DNA from: Nitrospirota bacterium
GTDB lineage: Bacteria; Nitrospirota; UBA9217
Length of the DNA stretch: 64,000 nt
Direction of reading: 5' to 3'
Assembly (NCBI GenBank): GCA_963737155.1
Contig: CAVTRN010000002.1
Span: 320,001 to 384,000, forward strand
The notes under the pieces: model-generated
Seen by the model: the letters and a program-made list of their open reading frames with translations, nothing else
Databases searched by the model: none
Told to the model about the DNA's origin: nothing
Made by a program: the position numbers and the translations under genes
In this document: positions 53,644 through 63,999 of the stretch, in pieces
Numbering within the stretch: position 1 is the stretch's first letter
Layout of the letters: every line of letters starts with the position of its first letter

Positions 53644-56600
53644 CTATCCCAGCGTGAAATAGAGCGTTGCCCCGATACCGACGTCTCCCTCCGCGCAGAT
53701 TTTTCCTTCGTGCCGATGAATAATCCTTTCGACGATTGCCAAGCCGATTCCTGTTCCCCCGAACTCTTTATCGGAATGGAGCCGGTGGAAGGGCAGAAAC
53801 ATCTTGTCCGCGTAGGTACGGTCGAACCCGGCGCCGTTATCCCTAACATAGTATACGGTCTTCCCGTCTTTTTCGTAAGCGTTGAATTCAATACGGGCAT
53901 TTGTCGTTTTCGAAGTAAACTTCCAGGCGTTATCAATCAGATTCATTAACGCGATCCTTATCAGGTTCGGGTCCACGGAGGCGCGCATGCCTTCTGTAAT
54001 AACGATATCAACGCTTCTGTCAGGCTCTGTCTCGCGAAGGGTAGTCGCGATCGAGGAAGCCAGGCTGCTGAGATCATAATCCATTCGGTCCATATTCTGC
54101 TTTGATATCTGCGAAAGGCGCAGCAGGTCTTCAATGAGTTCAGTCATTCTCTCAGAAGCTTTTGTTATGCGCAATAAATAATCTTTTGGTTGGTTTTCCA
54201 GCTTGTTGGCATAGTCCTCGATCAGGATTTTGGAGAAACCGGACATGATGCGGAGCGGCGCCCGCAAATCATGGGACACCGAGTAGACGAAGGATTCCAT
54301 CTCCTTGTTTGCTAATTCCAGCTCCAGGTTCCTAGCCGCCATGTCTTTGTTCAGTTTCAATATGTTCTCTTCTGCTTTCTTGCGTTCGCTGATGTCGAAA
54401 AATACCACAGCGAAGCGGTTGGTGTCGGTCCGGTAGACGCTGACCTCGAACCACTTATTGAGGGGGCCGAAGCGTTCCTCAAAATGCGCTGGCTCTCCGG
54501 TGAGGACAACCTTTCCGTACCGTTCGAACCAGACGGGTTCGGCATCGGGGAACAATTCGCGGGTGGTTCGGCCGACAATGTTCTCGGCCTTCAATCCTGT
54601 GTGGCGTTCGAACGCAGGATTGACTACTAAATATCGAAGATCAACAGGCTTCCCGGCCTCGTCTAAGATGATTTCATCGTGCGAGAAGCCCTCCGTCATC
54701 GTTTCAAAGAGTGTTCGGAATCGGGCCTCGCTCTGTTGTAGTGCCTCCTCAGCACGCTTACGGTCAGTGATGTCCACCAGGGTCGAAAGGATCACCCGTT
54801 CGCCCTGTACGAACAGGATCTGCGCAGACAACTGTGCTACGAAGAGCTCTCCGGACTTCTTCCGGAACTCCTGCTCCCACCCGCGCACAGCGCCTTTTTC
54901 CCGCAATGTCTGAACGAAATGGTTCGCGGCCTCAGCGCTCGGCCAGATGTGCAATTTCCTGGCGGAATGGCCGATCACCTCATCCCGGCTGTACCCGTTT
55001 ACTGCTAGCCAGGTGTTGTTCACTTCTAGAAACAGGCCGTCTTCGAGACGGGTCATCGCAATGGCTGCCGAGTTATTTGCAAAGGCCGTAGCGAACTTTT
55101 CCTCAGATAAGCGCAGCACCTCCTCGGCCCGCTTGCGTTCCGTAATATCGGTGAGGAAGGAGTAGTAATAGAGTGGTTTCCCTACCGTGTCCTTCGTGAC
55201 GTGCACTAGCAATTCGATAGTTACACGCGTGCCATCTTTGCGGATATACTCCTTTTCATAACGCACGGGCAAGCCGGTACGGCTTAGTTCATCCAGTTTC
55301 TGCTGCTCTATCTCAATCCATTCCGGCGGCGTAAGCGTTTTCGACCAATCGAGGGATCTCAATTCCTCGCTGCTGTATCCGGTGAGCTTTTCGAATGCCT
55401 TATTGGTCAGACCCAGACGTCCATCGGGATATCCCACGCCGAAGGCTTGCGACGAGGCTTCGAGGATGTTTGCCAGAAATTCGTTTTGCTTCTGGCTCTG
55501 GAGAACCTCAGCAGCTAGCCGCATCGCCTCGAGAGTGTGGGAGCACTGGGCAGCGAGCCACTCGATCAGCCTGAATTGCTCTTCGGTCCACTGCTGCTTC
55601 TTGCTGCTGTAAATGCTAACGGCTCCTATAGGTTTGCCCTTAACGCGCAGGGGGGAAGAGAGCACTGCGGCAAATCGCAGGTGTCCGGGGACGCTCAAGA
55701 TGTTCAAGTCCGTCCGTAGCGAGGTGTCCTCAAGTGACGCCGTGCGGTCCTGCTGGATCACCATCTCGGGAAATGAACCTTTCGCCGGCCATGAACCAGG
55801 AACGTCATCTCCATCGAAGCCTGCGTGAGCTAAAATCTTTAATTCGTCTCCATGCAGTTCGCAGACGACTACGCCAGTGGCAGGCCGGCCAATCATTTCC
55901 CGAGCAGTTTGGCAGATATTACCTATCACTTCCGCCTCGCCGATTGGCAAGCGGGCGGAATCAAGCAGTGTCTGGAGCATCTTCTCCCATTGGATTAGGT
56001 CCGCGTTCAGTGCCTGAATTTTCTCCGACTGGGTCTGCAACTCCTCGTTTTGCTCAGACAACTCCTCGGACTGTTGCGCCAGTTCCTCCGATTGCTGCGA
56101 AAGCTCTTCGTTCTGCTGTGCCAGTTCCTCCGACTGTTGCCGAAGCGATTCCTCGGCGAGCTTCTGCCGGGTGATGTCGGTGCTGACCTCCAGGATGGCC
56201 AAGGGCTTGCCACGCTCGTCGCGGCGCAGCGCCCACAGGATTGCCACGGACAGTTGGGCTCCGTCCTTACTGCGTCGAGTTATTTCTCCTTCCCAGTAGC
56301 CTTTCTCCAGCAGTTCGCTGTGTATCTGTTCCTGGGGCTGGCCAAAATGAGTCTGGAGCAATTCATAAGTGAGTTGGCCCTGGGCCTCTTGCGAGTCAAA
56401 ACCGTATAACCGGCGGTTACCTTCGCTCCAACGAACAATACGATGATCCAGGTCAAGGGCCATGAGATTGCCCATGTTCAGCAGGGCAAGTTCTTTCTTC
56501 TGAGTTACACTAACGGCCTCGGCCCGCCGGGCACGCTTCAGACGTTCCGCCAGAACACTCAGGAAGATGCCCGTGCCGGTAAAAATGCCCAATGCGAGGC

Positions 56601-58128
56601 CGTTATTTGCTGCGGTAATGCTGAAGTGTCCAATTGGTTCAATGAACCAGTAATCGGTCGCCAGGGCTGACAGGATGGTAACTACCACCCCCGGTCCGCC
56701 GCCGGCGATAGTTGCCACCACGAGAATGGCCGGATACGACGTAATGAAGAGCGGCATGGGCCCAAAGGACCGCACCAACCACAATCGAAAACACATAGCC
56801 AGTGCCACTGCCGCCACTGCGAATGTGTATTGGCCTGCGACACCGATCCATTTTTCGCTGGAGTCTTTGAACATCAGGCTGCGATCCGCCAGCATCATCG
56901 TGCGCATGATAATGAGCGAGAAGGCTCCAAGCACGATCAATGACAACAGCATGCCGATACCCACCGTCAGTATACTTCGCTGGGCGGTTTCTCTGGTAAC
57001 CCGATTCCGTTTGTCCAGCAACCCGCTCTCGCGGGATTCCATCTGATTCATGAGCGCCCTGATCTCGTCCATGATCTGCTCGCCTCTGTCGGTGCGAATG
57101 ACCGACAAGGCTGCTTCCATGCCCGCCTTCCTGCGAAGCTTGATGGTTTCCTGCAACACGACTAACTTGTCACGGGTAAGATTCCGAAGCTGCTGGAGGT
57201 TTTTTTGCTGCTCAGGATTGTCCTGGGTCAAGGATTCTACGGCCTTAATGTTGCCTTGGATTTCCCCGACGGCCGCGTTGAAAGGCTCGAGGTAGCGGTC
57301 CTCTCCGGTCAAAACAAAGCCACGCCCCCCCGTTTCGGCATCCTTCAGCGCCGATAGCACGTGCTCCAGGTACCCCTGTACTTCGTAGGTATGAATCACC
57401 CAACGGTTCGCTTCGGTTAACCGTTGAATTCCCAAGTAGGATTGGACTCCTACGATACCGATCATAAGCAACGTCAAAACAAAAAAGGCGGTAACCTTCA
57501 CTCCAAATTGTTTTCTGCCTCTGACAATGACCGCGGCGACCCCTAGAACAATCAGAGACAACAGCATGCCGATACCCACCGTCAGTATACTTCGCTGGGC
57601 TGCTTCGCTAGTAACCCGATTCCGTTTGTCCAGCAACCCGCTCTCGTGGGATTCCATCTGATTCATGATCGCCCTGATCTCGTCCATGATCTGCTCGCCT
57701 CTGTCGGTGCGAATGACCGACAAGGCTGCTTCCATGCCCGCCTTCCTGCGAAGCTTGATGGTTTCCTGCAACACGACTAACTTGTCACGGGTAAGATTCC
57801 GAAGCTGCTGGAGGTTTTTTTGCTGCTCAGGATTGTCCTGGGTCAAGGATTCTACGGCCTTAATGTTGCCTTGGATTTCCTCGACGGCCGCGTTGAAAGG
57901 CTCGAGGTAGCGGTCCTCTCCGGTCAAAACAAAGCCACGCCCCCCCGTTTCGGCATCCTTCAGCGCCGATAGCATGTGATCCAGTCTCCCCTGTACTTCG
58001 TAGGTATGAATCACCCAACGGTTCGCTTCGGTCAACCGTTGAATTCCCAAGTAGGATTGGACTCCCACGATGCCGATGATCAGCAACGTCAGAACAAAAA
58101 AGACGGTAATCTTCACTCCAGATTTCAT
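53644..58128 (-). CDS. Sensor histidine kinase: 2x CHASE3, DUF4118-like TM block, PAS, coiled coil, GAF, 3x PAS, HisKA, HATPase
   Basis: DAETGGRGFVLTG twice. SVSHDLRAPL H-box, GTGIGLA G-box. Confidence 0.93.
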   Translation of the reverse strand: MKSGVKITVFFVLTLLIIGIVGVQSYLGIQRLTEANRWVIHTYEVQGRLDHMLSALKDAETGGRGFVLTGEDRYLEPFNAAVEEIQGNIKAVESLTQDNPEQQKNLQQLRNLTRDKLVVLQETIKLRRKAGMEAALSVIRTDRGEQIMDEIRAIMNQMESHESGLLDKRNRVTSEAAQRSILTVGIGMLLSLIVLGVAAVIVRGRKQFGVKVTAFFVLTLLMIGIVGVQSYLGIQRLTEANRWVIHTYEVQGYLEHVLSALKDAETGGRGFVLTGEDRYLEPFNAAVGEIQGNIKAVESLTQDNPEQQKNLQQLRNLTRDKLVVLQETIKLRRKAGMEAALSVIRTDRGEQIMDEIRALMNQMESRESGLLDKRNRVTRETAQRSILTVGIGMLLSLIVLGAFSLIIMRTMMLADRSLMFKDSSEKWIGVAGQYTFAVAAVALAMCFRLWLVRSFGPMPLFITSYPAILVVATIAGGGPGVVVTILSALATDYWFIEPIGHFSITAANNGLALGIFTGTGIFLSVLAERLKRARRAEAVSVTQKKELALLNMGNLMALDLDHRIVRWSEGNRRLYGFDSQEAQGQLTYELLQTHFGQPQEQIHSELLEKGYWEGEITRRSKDGAQLSVAILWALRRDERGKPLAILEVSTDITRQKLAEESLRQQSEELAQQNEELSQQSEELAQQSEELSEQNEELQTQSEKIQALNADLIQWEKMLQTLLDSARLPIGEAEVIGNICQTAREMIGRPATGVVVCELHGDELKILAHAGFDGDDVPGSWPAKGSFPEMVIQQDRTASLEDTSLRTDLNILSVPGHLRFAAVLSSPLRVKGKPIGAVSIYSSKKQQWTEEQFRLIEWLAAQCSHTLEAMRLAAEVLQSQKQNEFLANILEASSQAFGVGYPDGRLGLTNKAFEKLTGYSSEELRSLDWSKTLTPPEWIEIEQQKLDELSRTGLPVRYEKEYIRKDGTRVTIELLVHVTKDTVGKPLYYYSFLTDITERKRAEEVLRLSEEKFATAFANNSAAIAMTRLEDGLFLEVNNTWLAVNGYSRDEVIGHSARKLHIWPSAEAANHFVQTLREKGAVRGWEQEFRKKSGELFVAQLSAQILFVQGERVILSTLVDITDRKRAEEALQQSEARFRTLFETMTEGFSHDEIILDEAGKPVDLRYLVVNPAFERHTGLKAENIVGRTTRELFPDAEPVWFERYGKVVLTGEPAHFEERFGPLNKWFEVSVYRTDTNRFAVVFFDISERKKAEENILKLNKDMAARNLELELANKEMESFVYSVSHDLRAPLRIMSGFSKILIEDYANKLENQPKDYLLRITKASERMTELIEDLLRLSQISKQNMDRMDYDLSSLASSIATTLRETEPDRSVDIVITEGMRASVDPNLIRIALMNLIDNAWKFTSKTTNARIEFNAYEKDGKTVYYVRDNGAGFDRTYADKMFLPFHRLHSDKEFGGTGIGLAIVERIIHRHEGKICAEGDVGIGATLYFTLG
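56935..58121. repeat. Near-identical 615-bp-period tandem duplication (CHASE3 module)
   Basis: GACAACAGCATGCCGATACCC occurs at 56942 and 57557. Long identical stretches throughout. Confidence 0.92.
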
Positions 58129-58170
58129 AATTATTATCTCCGGTTCTTGGGTAACATTTGTTCGTTGCGG

Positions 58171-59100
58171 TCAAAGCCCAAAGGCGCGGTCGCCCTCGCA
58201 GGAACAAGAACGATAAATGCATTTTCTCACATTAATCAAAGGCAACTCTACTGGCGGCCGCTCAGCCTTGCCTACGACCAACACGCCCTCTGGCGCTAGG
58301 ACCGAAGCCAAGCCCCGCCACATGGACTCTGCTGCCTCGGTCTTAAGGTAAATGGCTATGTTTCTCCACAGGATCATGTCCCATGGACCTTCCTCAATAC
58401 CCTGTGCTAGGTCTGCAACTTTCCAGTGAACGTGCCGGCAAATTGGCTCAATCGGCCGCCAAAAATGTCCGGTCTCTTCGAAGTATCTGTGGCGATCCGA
58501 CGGTTCGATCTTCCTTAACTCACTGGATTTATACAATGCCGTATGCGCGTGTTCAATGGCGTCGCGGCGGCAGTCACTGCCCAGAAGGAAACTGCCCTCC
58601 AGATGACCGCTTTGCGCCAATAGGATCGCCATGCTATAGAGCTCCGCCCCGCTGGAACAGCCGGCGCTCCAGACGCGTAATGGCCGGGTGGGAGAAGTTA
58701 ATTGCGGTAGGACCTCGGATCGCAGCGTTTCGAAAACCGAGGGATCGCGAAAGAATTCGGTAACGCCTATGAGTAGCGCACCGATCGCCGACGGCAGAAG
58801 GTCAGGTCGCTGCTCTAGCACCTGACGGGCACGCGCCTCGGTGTCGGCGTGCAATGCCCGCAGGCAGGCGGGAAGGCGCCGCTGAAGTGGTTCGCCGCGA
58901 TAGCTATCTACGGACAAGCCAGCACGTTGGAACACCCACGAGATGAATTGGCCAGGTCGTTCGGACTGGTATGCAGGGGTATACCTGGCCGTCAGAGGGA
59001 GAGTCCCAGTTCGATCAGGGAGGCGCGGCTCCGTAATCGTCGGTCGGCCGACAAACTTCACATGCCGTAAAGCATCTTCCTTGGTAATAGACCTATCCAT
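58171..59100 (-). CDS. cheR: CheR-family methyltransferase
   Basis: IGVTEFFRD, RVWSAGCSSGAELYS, DMILWRNIAIY, LVVGKAE. Confidence 0.88.
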   Translation of the reverse strand: MDRSITKEDALRHVKFVGRPTITEPRLPDRTGTLPLTARYTPAYQSERPGQFISWVFQRAGLSVDSYRGEPLQRRLPACLRALHADTEARARQVLEQRPDLLPSAIGALLIGVTEFFRDPSVFETLRSEVLPQLTSPTRPLRVWSAGCSSGAELYSMAILLAQSGHLEGSFLLGSDCRRDAIEHAHTALYKSSELRKIEPSDRHRYFEETGHFWRPIEPICRHVHWKVADLAQGIEEGPWDMILWRNIAIYLKTEAAESMWRGLASVLAPEGVLVVGKAERPPVELPLINVRKCIYRSCSCEGDRAFGL

Positions 59101-59812
59101 CTAGCGTAAATGACCTCATTCAATGCGTGATATGCAGTGTTCGTCCATGCTTCAGGAGACGTATCTGAGGAAAAAATGATAGCCGCAATGATGAAATCAG
59201 TGCAGGGATCGGCAGGAAACTGAGTTCATATTACGTCACCATCTGTCGAGTTTATTTAATATTACCACGGACGAGGGGGAGAAAAATAGGACTAAGTTTT
59301 TGCTATATAAAATTGTAGCTATCATATGTTTTTCCGGGGGACAAGTCTATTCTATTGAATATGTCAACCATCCTGAATGGGCTTTTATTGCTTTACAGAA
59401 TGCCATTAATCAGGTTGTCTAGTGCTTAGATGACAAGTTTCAGGGACATCGGTTACCCGGATGTATCAAGACATCGGTAACCCACAAAGCCATTATTTAT
59501 ATAAGGACGTCGGTGTCCTGGATTCCATTTAACGCTATCATGCTCTCCTTATCTGAAATCGTTAAAGGAGAGCATCGATGGAAGAAGAACTGAGACAAAC
59601 CGCTATTAACAGACACATCCAATTAGTTCCGTATTGTATGTGTGCTGTTGCCTTAACCATTCTTATCTCATCATTGTTTAAACTCGTCCTGAATGGTGAT
59701 TTTCATGGGTCCCAGGGAAGTTCGGCTCTTTCAGGTAAGCATCAGCTGGCCAAAGTGGCCAAGAGAGGGGAGTAGTGGCAGTAGTAGGTTTCATTGCATA
59801 CTTCATATACTT

Positions 59813-59868
59813 TATACTTGACTGTCTGATTCAGATCAAGTATATCTAACTTATCTGATTAATCAGAT
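59813..59868 (+). promoter_or_regulatory. sigma70 promoter of the hgc cluster with overlapping palindromic operators
   Basis: TTGACT-17 nt-TATATC. Inverted repeat TATACTTGA/TCAAGTATA and perfect palindrome ATCTGATTAATCAGAT (59853-59868). Confidence 0.6.
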
Positions 59869-59891
59869 TATGCTGATATTCCGGAGGATTC

Positions 59892-60176
59892 ATGACAACA
59901 ACTAAAAAAGCGAAAATGCCCATAAGCGGACCGTTTGGCAAGGGCGCAAGCTGCTGCGCAGTCGAAGCGCTGGTCACTGTTGACGAACGAGGCCAGATGG
60001 TCTTACCGAAGGAATTGCGTGTAAAGGCGGGTATCAAGGCCGGCGACAAGCTTGCCGTGACAAGCTGGGAAAAGGATGGGAAAATCTGCTGCATCGCCCT
60101 GATCAAAGCAGACAACCTGGAAACCATGGTTAAGGGCATTCTCGGGCCGGTAATGGGAAACATCCTCAATAAATGA
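59892..60176 (+). CDS. hgcC: HgcAB-associated AbrB/MazE-fold protein
   Basis: VTVDERGQMVLPKELR..AGIKAGDKL AbrB motif flanked by two CC pairs. Directly upstream of hgcA. Confidence 0.75.
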   Translation: MTTTKKAKMPISGPFGKGASCCAVEALVTVDERGQMVLPKELRVKAGIKAGDKLAVTSWEKDGKICCIALIKADNLETMVKGILGPVMGNILNK

Positions 60177-60377
60177 AACTGCGGGGGCATCTATGATTGG
60201 TCAACCAGTGAAGAGTTTTTTATTGTTGGACCGGTATCTGGCATTGGGAGTTGGTCTCGGCGATTTTGTCCTGGGACGCTCATCAAGAGCGTTCGGGTTG
60301 AAAGACAAAATATCGCCATTGATAGAGAGATTCGCAGTAATTTAAAAATATCTTCTTGCATTAGATAAGGTGACCCC

Positions 60378-61469
60378 ATGCAAACCATGCAAACGCTTAA
60401 ATTTGTGAAAAAATCCGATATCCCTCCCTATGGCTCGGGCACAATGAGTACAGCAGCTGGCAGTGTATTTCGTATCTCGTCCGACTGGTCTCGAGCAGAC
60501 TATTGGGGCATGATCAAAAGCCGAGTCGGCGCCTTCCGCATGAACTATACCGTTTCGCCCGGAATCTACGCCGTGGGTGAACCGACAAAGGCTTCCGATG
60601 TTTTTGTTTCGGCCAATTACAAACTGAGCTTCGACATCCTGCGGCGTGAATTGAAAGGGCTCGATGCCTGGGTTCTTGTGCTCGACACCAAGAGCATCAA
60701 TGTCTGGTGCGCGGCCGGCAAAGGGACTTTCAGCACCGCTGAGCTGGTCAGCCGTATATCGGCAACGAAACTATGTACCTTGGTCGCTCACCGAAGGATC
60801 ATTGTGCCTCAACTCGGCGCAGTAGGTGTCAACGGCGCAGAAGTCCAGAAGAAGTCTGGTTTTCGGGTCCTTTTCGGTCCTGTTCAGGCAAAGGATATAC
60901 CTTCTTATGTGGAAGCTGGTTATAAGAAGACAAAGGACATGAGCACGATCCGCTTCCCAATGATGGATCGTATCATCCTTACGCCGATGGAAATCAATCC
61001 TGCGATGAAGAAGTTTCCCTGGTTTGCCGGCGGAGTGCTCATCTTGTTCGGGCTTCAACCGTCGGGTATATTATTTAAAACCGCATGGTCCGGGGGCATG
61101 CCTTTTCTCGTTCTTGGGCTCAATGCCGTATTTGCAGGTGCGTTCCTTACCCCGGTGTTGCTTCCTTTTATCCCGTCTCGCTCATTCGCGATTAAGGGAT
61201 GGATCATGGGCCTACTCAGTATGTCAGCGGTTGCACCGCTTATCGAGCTGGCTGTCAGGGGCGAAATTCTGCTACTGGTTGCGTCCTGTCTCATCTTCCC
61301 TGCCATGAGTTCCTATATCGCTCTCCAGTTCACCGGATCAACGACCTTTACCGGCATGTCGGGTGTCAAGAAGGAATTAAAGATCGGAATTCCTCTATAT
61401 TTATCATTGGCCGGAATTTCGCTGGTTCTCCTCGCGATCTACAAGATTAGGGAATGGGGGATCCTATGA
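60378..61469 (+). CDS. hgcA: Mercury methylation corrinoid protein HgcA
   Basis: Cap-helix motif NVWCAAGKG, ANYKLSFD, C-terminal TM domain with FTGSTTFT. Confidence 0.96.
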   Translation: MQTMQTLKFVKKSDIPPYGSGTMSTAAGSVFRISSDWSRADYWGMIKSRVGAFRMNYTVSPGIYAVGEPTKASDVFVSANYKLSFDILRRELKGLDAWVLVLDTKSINVWCAAGKGTFSTAELVSRISATKLCTLVAHRRIIVPQLGAVGVNGAEVQKKSGFRVLFGPVQAKDIPSYVEAGYKKTKDMSTIRFPMMDRIILTPMEINPAMKKFPWFAGGVLILFGLQPSGILFKTAWSGGMPFLVLGLNAVFAGAFLTPVLLPFIPSRSFAIKGWIMGLLSMSAVAPLIELAVRGEILLLVASCLIFPAMSSYIALQFTGSTTFTGMSGVKKELKIGIPLYLSLAGISLVLLAIYKIREWGIL

Positions 61470-61759
61470 AGTATCTCTTGAATGTGACAACGCTTCAGTA
61501 TGCATACGACAAATGTGCCGGGTGCGGCAGGTGCGTAGAGGTATGCCCCCGGGGCGTGTTCGAGATGCGCGACAAGCACGCAATAATCACGGACGGCGAC
61601 TTGTGCATGGAATGCGGAGCATGCGCCAAGAACTGCGATTTCAGTGCGCTCTCGGTTAATGCCGGCGTGGGCTGCGCCGCGGCGATCATTACCGGCCTTC
61701 TTACCGGCAGCGAGCCGACGTGCGGGTGCAATGATAGTGTTTCAGGAAACTGCTGTTGA
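61466..61759 (+). CDS. hgcB: Mercury methylation ferredoxin HgcB
   Basis: Two CxxCxxCxxxC motifs (CMECGAC), GVGCA, terminal CC. ATGA overlap with hgcA. Confidence 0.96.
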   Translation: MKYLLNVTTLQYAYDKCAGCGRCVEVCPRGVFEMRDKHAIITDGDLCMECGACAKNCDFSALSVNAGVGCAAAIITGLLTGSEPTCGCNDSVSGNCC

Positions 61760-61764
61760 AATCC

Positions 61765-61905
61765 TTGCCTCGTCGAAAGAGGACATTGCCCGGATGGAGA
61801 GCTGCCAGCTTGGCGCGAGTAACTACATTTAAAAATCAGCGGATTTATATGCGCTGGCTGTAGCCGTGAAACAACTCGGGTCTTGTTGGCTGGTTATAAA
61901 CCAAG
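61765..61905 (+). pseudogene. Response regulator C-terminal remnant
   Basis: SSKEDIARMESCQLGASNYI*KSAD...AVKQLGSCWLVINQ, an Rcp1-like C-terminus. Confidence 0.55.
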
Positions 61906-62349
61906 ATATGGTGAAGTTTGTAAGAACCTTGGACAAACTAGACTTTCGGAAAGTAAAAGAGAATGATGGGCAGTGGGTGTAATATATGCTCTGGTTTCCC
62001 GCGCTAATTATATTTTTCACCCCAGAGAATAAATTATACATAAACTAATTCTGCCAAAGTCCTAAGAGCGTCCTTCAAATGGGAATTAGCGGGTCGATTT
62101 TCATCGTATTATCGACACAGGAAAGATTGCACGCTCGACAAGAGGGCTATTGTAGTGTATTTTAATAAGGGAGATTAACTAAGAGATCAGACTATCAATA
62201 AGTATTCCTGTAAAGGTTGCACGTGGGCTCGTATAGTGGTGAATTGCATGCAACAACCTCAGAAATTCACACCCGTCACGATCGACAGGAGCCACATCAC
62301 TACAATAGGCGAACGGCTTTACGCTGCAAGCAATGGAAAGGAGATCAGT

Positions 62350-63999
62350 ATGACAACAGGTATCCCGCAACTTACCACACTTTCGGCATGGCAGGCCCTC
62401 GAAGCCCATTTCCCGAAGATCAGGGAATTGCATCTTCGGAAGCTTTTCGCGGACGATCCAAAGCGCGGGGAGCGCATGACAGCTGAGGCCGTCGGTATCT
62501 ACTTTGACTATTCGAAACACCTCATCACCGACGAGACGCTCAGGCTCCTTCTGCAATTGACGGAGGAGTCCGGTCTGCGGGCTCGCATCGATGCCATGTT
62601 CCGGGGCGAGAAGATCAATGTCACGGAGAGGCGGGCCGTCCTGCACGTGGCTCTGCGCGCTCCTAAAGGGCAATCCATCGTTGTGGACGGCGAAGACATA
62701 GTTCCTGAGGTCCACGCCGTGCTCGACAAAATGGCCGACTTCTCCTCCCGGGTGCGCAGTGGGGAGTGGAAGGGCAACACCGGCAAACCGATCCGCAACA
62801 TCATCAATATCGGCATCGGCGGGTCTGATCTGGGGCCGGTGATGGCGTATGAGGCATTGCGGCATTACAGTCGGCGCGACCTGACCCTCCGCTTCGTCTC
62901 CAACATCGACGGCACGGACTTCGCCGAGGCCACCCGCGACCTCGACGCGGAGGAGACACTGTTCATCATCTCATCGAAGACCTTTACGACTTTGGAAACG
63001 ATGACAAACGCGCACACGGCCCGTGACTGGGCCCTCAAGACTTTGAAACATCCCGCTGCTGTTGCCAGGCATTTCGTTGCGGTCTCGACCAACGCCGGGG
63101 AAGTGTCTAAATTCGGCATCGACACCAAAAATATGTTCGAGTTTTGGGATTGGGTCGGTGGGCGGTACTCAATGGACTCGGCGATCGGCCTTTCAACAAT
63201 GATCGCGATTGGCCCCGAAAATTTCCGCGCCATGCTTGACGGTTTTCACCAGATGGACGAGCATTTCCGCACTGCTCCTTTCGAGCGCAACTTGCCGGTG
63301 CTCATGGGGCTTTTGGGCCTCTGGTACAATAACTTCTTTGGTGCGCAGACCATGGCGGTTCTTCCGTATGAGCAGTACTTGAAGCGTTTCCCTGCTTACC
63401 TCCAGCAGTTGACGATGGAGAGCAATGGCAAACACATCACGCTCGAGGGGATAGCGGTTCCCTATCAAACCGGGCCAATCTACTGGGGGGAGCCAGGTAC
63501 CAATGGACAGCATTCCTTCTACCAACTGATTCATCAGGGGACCAAGCTCATCCCCTGTGACTTCATTGGATTTGTTCAGCCGCTTAACCCTCTCGGCCGC
63601 CACCACGACTTGCTCTTGGCCAACGTGTTTGCCCAGGCAGAGGCGCTGGCTTTTGGCAAAACGCCGCAGGAGGTCAGCTCTGAGAGTACACCGGCATGGC
63701 TGGTTCCGCACCGGACCTTCGAGGGCAACCGTCCGTCCAGCACAATCCTCCTGGAACGGTTGACTCCGCTGGCACTGGGGAAGCTCGTCGCATTGTACGA
63801 ACATTGCGTCTTCACCCAAGGCGCCATTTGGGGCATTGACTCATTTGACCAGTGGGGGGTAGAACTGGGGAAGGCGCTTGCCGCGCGCATTATTCCCGAA
63901 CTTGAGGCCGGGCTTACGTCCCAACTCAAGCACGATAGCTCAACCAACACCCTGATCCGGCGTTACAGGAGATCCAAGGAGCTGTTGCAGGAGCAATAA
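62350..63999 (+). CDS. pgi: Glucose-6-phosphate isomerase
   Basis: [34 protein letters not shown] and [20 protein letters not shown]. Confidence 0.98.
   Translation: MTTGIPQLTTLSAWQALEAHFPKIRELHLRKLFADDPKRGERMTAEAVGIYFDYSKHLITDETLRLLLQLTEESGLRARIDAMFRGEKINVTERRAVLHVALRAPKGQSIVVDGEDIVPEVHAVLDKMADFSSRVRSGEWKGNTGKPIRNIINIGIGGSDLGPVMAYEALRHYSRRDLTLRFVSNIDGTDFAEATRDLDAEETLFIISSKTFTTLETMTNAHTARDWALKTLKHPAAVARHFVAVSTNAGEVSKFGIDTKNMFEFWDWVGGRYSMDSAIGLSTMIAIGPENFRAMLDGFHQMDEHFRTAPFERNLPVLMGLLGLWYNNFFGAQTMAVLPYEQYLKRFPAYLQQLTMESNGKHITLEGIAVPYQTGPIYWGEPGTNGQHSFYQLIHQGTKLIPCDFIGFVQPLNPLGRHHDLLLANVFAQAEALAFGKTPQEVSSESTPAWLVPHRTFEGNRPSSTILLERLTPLALGKLVALYEHCVFTQGAIWGIDSFDQWGVELGKALAARIIPELEAGLTSQLKHDSSTNTLIRRYRRSKELLQEQ

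Noticed and set aside
60180-60378. Possible Sec/Cys-containing N-terminal extension of HgcA
   Set aside because: An in-frame TAA at 60366-60368 closes the frame just upstream of the ATG, and no in-frame TGA is available.
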